Assembly: GCA_009914755.4 (NCBI GenBank)
Contig: CP068257.2
Span: 22,624,001 to 22,688,000, forward strand
DNA length: 64,000 nucleotides
DNA from: the human T2T-CHM13v2.0 reference genome, Homo sapiens
Direction: 5' to 3'
Position numbers and translations under genes: made by a program. Shown here one piece after another: positions 57,441-64,000 of the stretch. Under the pieces are notes generated by a model that was not told the origin of the DNA, ran no database searches, and worked only from the letters and a program-made list of their open reading frames with translations. Numbering within the stretch: position 1 is the first letter of the stretch; the number at the start of each line of letters is the position of its first letter.

Positions 57441-59384
57441 ATACACCAAGCATAGGCCTAGAGAAATAGGTCTGGTTATAAAAGTATGACAGTGATTCTT
57501 ATCAATTCTCTTTGCAAATCTACACTCACATTGTTCTTACTAACATTCCCACACATTTGGCTGGTATTTATTTCTTATCAAAACGATCAAACAACCTTCT
57601 ATGATTTTGGGGGTTTAGATAAGAAAATACAGCTTATATTTGTTCCATCAGGAAAAGATTTAATTGAGGAAAAGAGTGGAACACACAATCACTGATGGAA
57701 AAGGGATCCTAAAGCCAACAATGACGTCCTCAGAGTGCAACACTAAAAGGGTGATACTTAACAATTATTCTAGAAGGTGCTGCAAAACTCAGATATGTCT
57801 AGGCATTTACTCCTGACTATCTCAGCATGCAACACTAGCATAGATAACTCTTAAGATGCTTGACAAGTCATTGAATTGATTTTCACATAAATTATTTGCT
57901 CATGCGTACACACATAACAGCCTCCCTAGAATAATGGTCTCTCTCACTCTTTTATCTTCTAAATCTTGAGTGAATGCCTCTAATGGTAGAGTCTTACCAG
58001 GAAGCATATAAGAAAGGTGATCTGGGAAATTGAGACATCGACTTTTCCTATGAGATTCAGAAGAGAATTTAGAAGGAGATGTTAATGCTGAGTTTAGGAC
58101 AGACTCTATAGTGAAGTTGTCCCTATTGTCAAATCATGATCCACCAATTTTAAACCTCTGAATAAGAATAAAAATCAATCTTGCTGCTCTATCTAGTATG
58201 AGAACACTATTTATTAGTCAATTAAAACATGCTCATCTCTCTAGAGAGAAAACATAGTTACTGAAATCTCTTATTCATCTCTAGGCTATGATCATTCCTT
58301 TTATAGCTGAATCCTAAATCTCATTAGGTATCCTGTGACTCAAATAGTAAATTATAGACTTTTGTAAATGGAATTCACTCTGAAACCAGGTCTCAACAAT
58401 TATTTGAGAGGTGATTCCAAAAAGTCTTGGTAAATAGAGACAGGGAAGAAAGAAGAGCTGGTTGATCCTGTGTTATTAAGCTGACCATTGTGGTAGGCAA
58501 CTGGAATTCAGTCCCACTGAGAATCTTCTGAACAACCACATAGCATGTGCCTCAGAATTATCCCTTTGGAGGAGAGAAAACAGAAATATTTATTCAGTGA
58601 CACCTGTCCTACACTAGTTGACAGCTATTTCCAGAGAGTGTTAGTTAACTCTTAGCAAATTCCAGTAACATTGTGTGCTGGGGTGGGGATGGGGGAGAGC
58701 CCTGGAAGAAAAGTGAGAGAATGAGAGGAGCTTGAAGTGAAGCACTATTGGTGCGCACTAGGACCCCCTCTCTCAGCTGGAGATGAAGTCAGAGGTGGGC
58801 TGAGGATACAGAGCACAGGACCCTAAAAGCCTCTGCTACTGCTGATCCCCTGTACTACTGCCCTATCAGGCTCCACATTAATTCCATTTTCTCACTCTTC
58901 AGTGGAGCTGCCAGTAACAATCTGTAAAGCAGACTTATGGGTTAGTGAAATAGGAACCTGCTGCAGTGGATCCTGAAAATCAGTATGTATCAACAGGACA
59001 GAAAATATGTGAAAAATCAGCTTTCTACCATGTGGTTGGCTGATCACCTTGAGTAATCCTACCATCTCTCAGGCTCAATGTCAGATTCTGTTGCTGACAC
59101 AGTGGGCATTCAGCAGTGGCATTCCAAATGTATGCTCCTTAAAAGATAACAGCAGACTATTGGATCCATGCCTAGCCTCTATCTTGGCCACTAAGTCTAC
59201 CCTATTAGTGAACCATTTCACAAGCAGTTGTGTGAACTTATTTTAACATATTTTGAAGGGCATGTATGCTGATGATTAATAACCTTAGTTTTTGTTTGAG
59301 AAATTTTTTATGTCTTTTTCATTTCTGAAAGATAATTTCACTAGATATGGAATTTTAGGGTTTTTTTGGTTTATTTCAACAGTT

Positions 59385-59850
<466 letters not shown>

Positions 59851-60892
59851 TAATGTAGAAATCATAGTGTATGACATATAGCCTAGGTGTGTAATAGGCT
59901 ATGTCATCGAGATTTGTGTAAGTATACTCTTTGATGTTTGCACAATGATGAAATCACCTAACCATGCGTTTATCAGAACTCATCCCTGACCCTAAGTGAC
60001 GCATGACTGTATTATGAAGAACAAAATTAAATTTGAATTTTCAAAATTAGTTGGAAAGATCAGGGATGATATATTGAAAAGTATTGAAAATTAAATTTAC
60101 AGCTCAGAATTTTAATGCCTTGTTAATATTTTTGAAGGTCTGCTTCAAAAAATCAAAAAATATTTCAAAAAAATTATATATTCATAAGATTAATATGTTT
60201 CTATAACTGCAGGACAGCATTCTTGTTTCTTTATTAAAGGAAAATTATTTTAAATTATTACTAACATGGACACATTCTATGTAAGTTGAATGTACAGTAA
60301 TTTTATACAGTTAAATGTATTTTGCTATCCAGATAGATAATTTCATAACTTGGTATTTTATTTCCTATATTGTATAGATTAATTATATAGTATACATAAT
60401 TTTTTTTGCTTTAACCCTGCAATAATTGAGCAACTCATAATAAAAGAAATTGTGAATTATTTGATGTAGAATTTTACAAGAAATATCTAAAAACGTTGGG
60501 TATTAATGTTATTAATTATAAACTGATAAATTATGTTTTATATATAGATATTAGAGATAACAAATTACAACTTTTAGACACTCTAAATAATACTGGGGAA
60601 AATATACCATTAAAGTAAGAAAATACTGAATTTCATTCCAATTAGGATCATGTACTACCTTTTGGCATTTTCCACTGTACCCTAATGTCAAGAGACCTAA
60701 TATTTCAAGGATGTATTCAACAAATATACTGTTGCTATAATATTATTTAGCAGAGATTTCTTAGATTGCTATGTGGATTAGAAAATTTAATGTATATTTT
60801 AAAACACCTGTGTGTCACATGTAAGAAGACCTCCATTTATTTTAGCTCATAGAGATAACTATATACATTATATATGCATTATAGATCACACA

Positions 60893-60935
60893 TATGCCAT
60901 ACACACATGCACACACACATACACACACACTCTAA
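60893..60935. repeat. Imperfect (CA)n/(CACATA)n microsatellite
   Basis: cacacacatgcacacacacatacacacacactc. Confidence 0.75.
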
Positions 60936-61237
60936 CAAAGCCTAAAACATGTAGCAAAATTTATAAATATGTTGGACTAAAATGTCTATATGTCATTGCA
61001 ATTAAGGAATTGAGACAGTCTTCTACTTTTTCTTAGGAAAAAGAAAAGATATTTATTAGGAATTATGCATATCATGATTTTGTTGATTATTAGTCAGGAT
61101 AAATGAAGGGATTAAACAAATTCATTTTATTTTCATGTTTTGCAGAATGTTTATGTTGGTGAATTAGTGGATGAAATAGACCTCTATTCAGCAAATAATC
61201 TTATGTATCTTCTATTTTTAAAAATTATTTATCATTT

Positions 61238-61960
61238 TTGTTGATACATAATTGTGCATATTTATGGGGAACATACAATATTTTGATGCATACATATGAT
61301 GTGTAATGATCAAATCAGACTGTTTGGAATATCCATTACCTCAAACATTTATCATTTTTTTTGCGTTGAGAACAGCTAGATTCTTCTAGCTATTTTGAAA
61401 AATACAATAAATAATTGTTAACTATGGTCACGCTACTGTGCTATCAGACACTAGAACTTATTCTATCTGTTTAACTGCATGTTTGTGCCCATTATCCAAA
61501 CTTTTTTATCCTGCCCCCCACCCTCTTTCCCCCACTGTGGTAACTATCATTCTACCTTTTACCTCTGAGATCAACGTTTATAGCTCTCAATATGAGTCAG
61601 AACATGTAATGTTTGTCTTTTCTGTGCCTGCCTTTTTTCACTTAACACAATCACCTTCAGTTCCATTCAGGTTGCTGCACATGACAGGATTTCATTCATT
61701 TTTATGGCCAAATCATATTCCATTGTATTTATACACAACATTTTCTTTATCCATTCATCCACTGGTGGACACTTAGGTTGATTCCATCTTGGGTTTTGTG
61801 AATAGTGCTGCAATAAACGTAGGGGTGCAGGCATCCCTTTGATGTACCGATATTCCTTCCTTTAAATAAATACCCACTACTGGGATTGCTGGATCATATG
61901 GTAGGTCCATTTTTAGTCTTCTGAGAATCTTCCATACTGTTTTTAATAATGTGTGGAGGA
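61238..61960 (-). mobile_element. Older L1 (L1PB/L1MA-type) 3' end, antisense
   Basis: ttgttgatacataattgtgcatatttatggggaacatacaatattttgatgcatacatatgatgtgtaatgatcaaatcag...atccattacctcaaacatttatcatttttt...ctagctattttgaaaaatacaataaataattgttaactatggtcacgctactgtgctatcagacactagaac...cacttaacacaatcaccttcagttccattcaggttgctgcacatgacaggatttcattc...ttaggttgattccatcttgggttttgtgaatagtgctgcaataaac. Confidence 0.8.
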
Positions 61961-61985
61961 AATTCTTAAATAAAGAAACCTCAAA

Positions 61986-62073
61986 CTGGGCATGATGTTG
62001 CATGCCTGTAATTCCAGGTACTGTGGCCAGAGGATCTCTTGAAGAGCCCAGGAGTTTGAGTCCAACCTGGCAA
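61986..62073 (+). mobile_element. Alu left-arm fragment (about 90 bp)
   Basis: ctgggcatgatgttgcatgcctgtaattccaggtactgtggccagaggatctcttgaagagcccaggagtttgagtccaacctggcaatatagtgag. Confidence 0.8.
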
Positions 62074-62079
62074 TATAGT

Positions 62080-63291
62080 GAGTTTCTGTTTTTTTTTTTT
62101 TTGTATTTGGATTTTTTTAATTTTTTTTTGTTATACTTTAAGTTCTAGGGTACATGTGCACAACGTGCAGGTTTGTTACATATGTATACATGTGCCATGT
62201 TGGTGTGCTGCACCCATTAACTCGTCATTTACATTAGGTGTATCTCCTAATGCTATCCCTCCCCTCCCCCCCACAACAGGCCCCGGTGAGTGATGTTCCC
62301 CTTCCTATGTCCAGGTGTTCTCATTGTTCAATTCCGACCTATGAGTGACAACATGCGGTGTTTGGTTTTTTGTCCTTGCAATAGTTTGCTGAGAATGATG
62401 GTTTCCAGCTTCAACCATGTCCCTACAAAGGACATGAGCTCATCCTTTTTTATGGCTGCATAGTATTCCATGGTGTATATGTGCCACATTTTCTTAATCC
62501 AGTCTATCATTGATGAACATTTGGGTTGGTTCCAAGTCTTTGCTATTGTGAATAGTGCCGCAATAAACATATGTGTGCATGTGTCTTTATAGCAGCATGA
62601 TTTATAATCCTTGGATATATACCCAGTAATGGGATGGCTGGGTCAAATGGTATTTCTAGTTCTAGATCCTTAAGGAATCGCCACACTGTCTTCCACAATG
62701 GTTGAACTAGTTTACAGTCCTACCAACAGTGTAAAAGTGTTCCTATTTCTCCATATCCTCTCCAGCACCTGTTGTTTCCTGACTTTTTAATGATCTCCAT
62801 TCTAATTGGTGTGAGATGGTATTTCATTGTGGTTTTGATTTGCATTTCTCTGATGGCCAGTGATGATGAGCTTCTTCATGTGTCTTTTGGCTGCATAAAT
62901 GTCTTCTTTTGAAGTGTCTGTTCGTATCCTTCGCCCACTTTTTGATGGGGTTGTTTGTTTTTTTCTTGTAAATTTGTTTAAGTTCATTGTAGATTCTGGA
63001 TATTAGCCCTTTGTCAGATGAGTAGATTACAAAAATTTTCTCCCATTCTGTAGGTTGCCTGTTCACTCTGATGGTAGTTTCTTTTGCTGTGCAGAAGTTC
63101 TTTAGTTTAATTAGATCCCATTTGTCAATGTTGGCTTTTGTTGCCATTGCTTTTGGTGTTTTAGACATGAAGTCCTTGCCCATGCCTATGTCCTGAATGG
63201 TATTGCCTAGGTTTTCTTCTAGGGTTTTTATGGTTTTGGGTCTAACATTTAAGTCTTTAATCCATCTTGAATTAATTTTTCTTTCTATTTC
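62080..63291 (-). mobile_element. Young L1PA (not L1HS) 3' end, about 1.2 kb, antisense: 3'UTR plus the ORF2 C-terminal coding segment
   Basis: T-rich tail then ttatactttaagttctagggtacatgtgcacaacgtgcaggtttgttacatatgtatacatgtgccatgttggtgtgctgcacccattaactcgtc... The minus-strand ORFs at 62824..63183 ([91 protein letters not shown]...) and 62328..62570 (MFIAALFTIAKTWNQPKCSSMIDWIKKMWHIYTMEYYAAIKKDELMSFVGTWLKLETIILSKLLQGQKTKHRM...) are near-identical to the L1 ORF2p C-terminus. The diagnostic sense words ...aacaaacctgcacgttgtgcacatgtaccctagaacttaaag indicate L1PA3-or-older rather than L1HS/L1PA2. Confidence 0.95.
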
Positions 63292-64000
63292 TAAAAAAAA
63301 ATTTAAAAATCTTATTCAAAATTTCAGGAGTTGACTTCAATTCCAGAAGTTTGGATAGCTTTAAGACTGACATATTAACAAGATTATTGCCCCCCTAGTG
63401 GTTCCAAATTTGCCTGGGAGTAGTTTGATAGTGATGCACCATTTCAGAAAGGATGAGGGAAGTGTATTAGAAAGGAGATTTCTAGTGGTGAGTTTGGATT
63501 TTTTCTCACATGCAAAACAATGAAACTTTAGTAAAATTTGTAAAAGCAAAAAATAGAAAGACTCTGACTTTTTTCAGTGATGTGCCTCTACCTAATTAGC
63601 TCAATTGCATCATTTTTTATTCCCCAGGAAATAATTGTTCTGGACATTTCCTCTCCAACCACTCTAAGATCTTTCATTTCACTATGTAATTCTTGTTTCA
63701 ATAACATATATTAATATGTTAATAATATTTCTGCAATTTTTAATCTCTTATGATAATGTCATAGATCAAAACAGCTCATGCAATATTACTTGTTACTGAT
63801 TGCCTTGGGTATTTTAATAGTGTCTTAACACTTGAAATAAAACAAAAATTAGGATATCTTTAATCACATGCCCACTCCTTTTCTCTTTTCATCTCCATGC
63901 CTCTCTTTTCTCATCTTATTATTATATTCTTATCCAGTCAGTACAACTTCAGATCTTGTGCTGCTCATCACCACATCCACTCAGAAATACAAAGTATTGA

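Noticed and set aside
62328-63183. L1 ORF2-like ORFs (80 aa and 119 aa) as possible genes
   Set aside because: They are the C-terminal end of a 5'-truncated L1PA ORF2 with no start of the reading frame and no ORF1. I annotated them as part of the mobile element, not as a gene.

Overview
This window is primate, almost certainly human, nuclear DNA from a gene-poor intronic or intergenic region; it is not a prokaryotic or accessory-type locus. It is AT-rich (GC estimated by eye in the mid-30s %), strongly CpG-depleted and has no CpG island. At least half of it is recognisable interspersed repeat: 10 full-length Alus (two AluY-like with intact 12-bp target-site duplications) plus several Alu fragments, and at least 8 L1 pieces on both strands. 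The L1 pieces include an old ~2.4-kb + strand L1 ORF2/3' end carrying a nested AluY, and a young L1PA 3' end (62080..63291, - strand) with long ORF2 C-terminal reading frames. There are at least 9 ERVL-MaLR LTRs of THE1/MST type and MLT1 type, one of them part of a structurally complete LTR-internal-LTR element at 41880..44335, plus two copies of an unclassified ~500-bp repeat and many microsatellites and homopolymers. I found no supportable protein-coding exon, tRNA, rRNA, CRISPR array or operon-like organisation. Every six-frame ORF of 100 aa or more is explained by Alu, L1 or MaLR sequence or by chance in AT-rich DNA. I found no evidence of a novel biological system. The observations worth a second look are structural: a 37-bp-arm hairpin, a ~160-bp polypyrimidine mirror tract, local duplications, an inverted L1 3'UTR segment and nested young transposable-element insertions. 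All coordinates come from reading the sequence and may be off by a few bases; repeat subfamily names are from memory of consensus sequences and need RepeatMasker confirmation.
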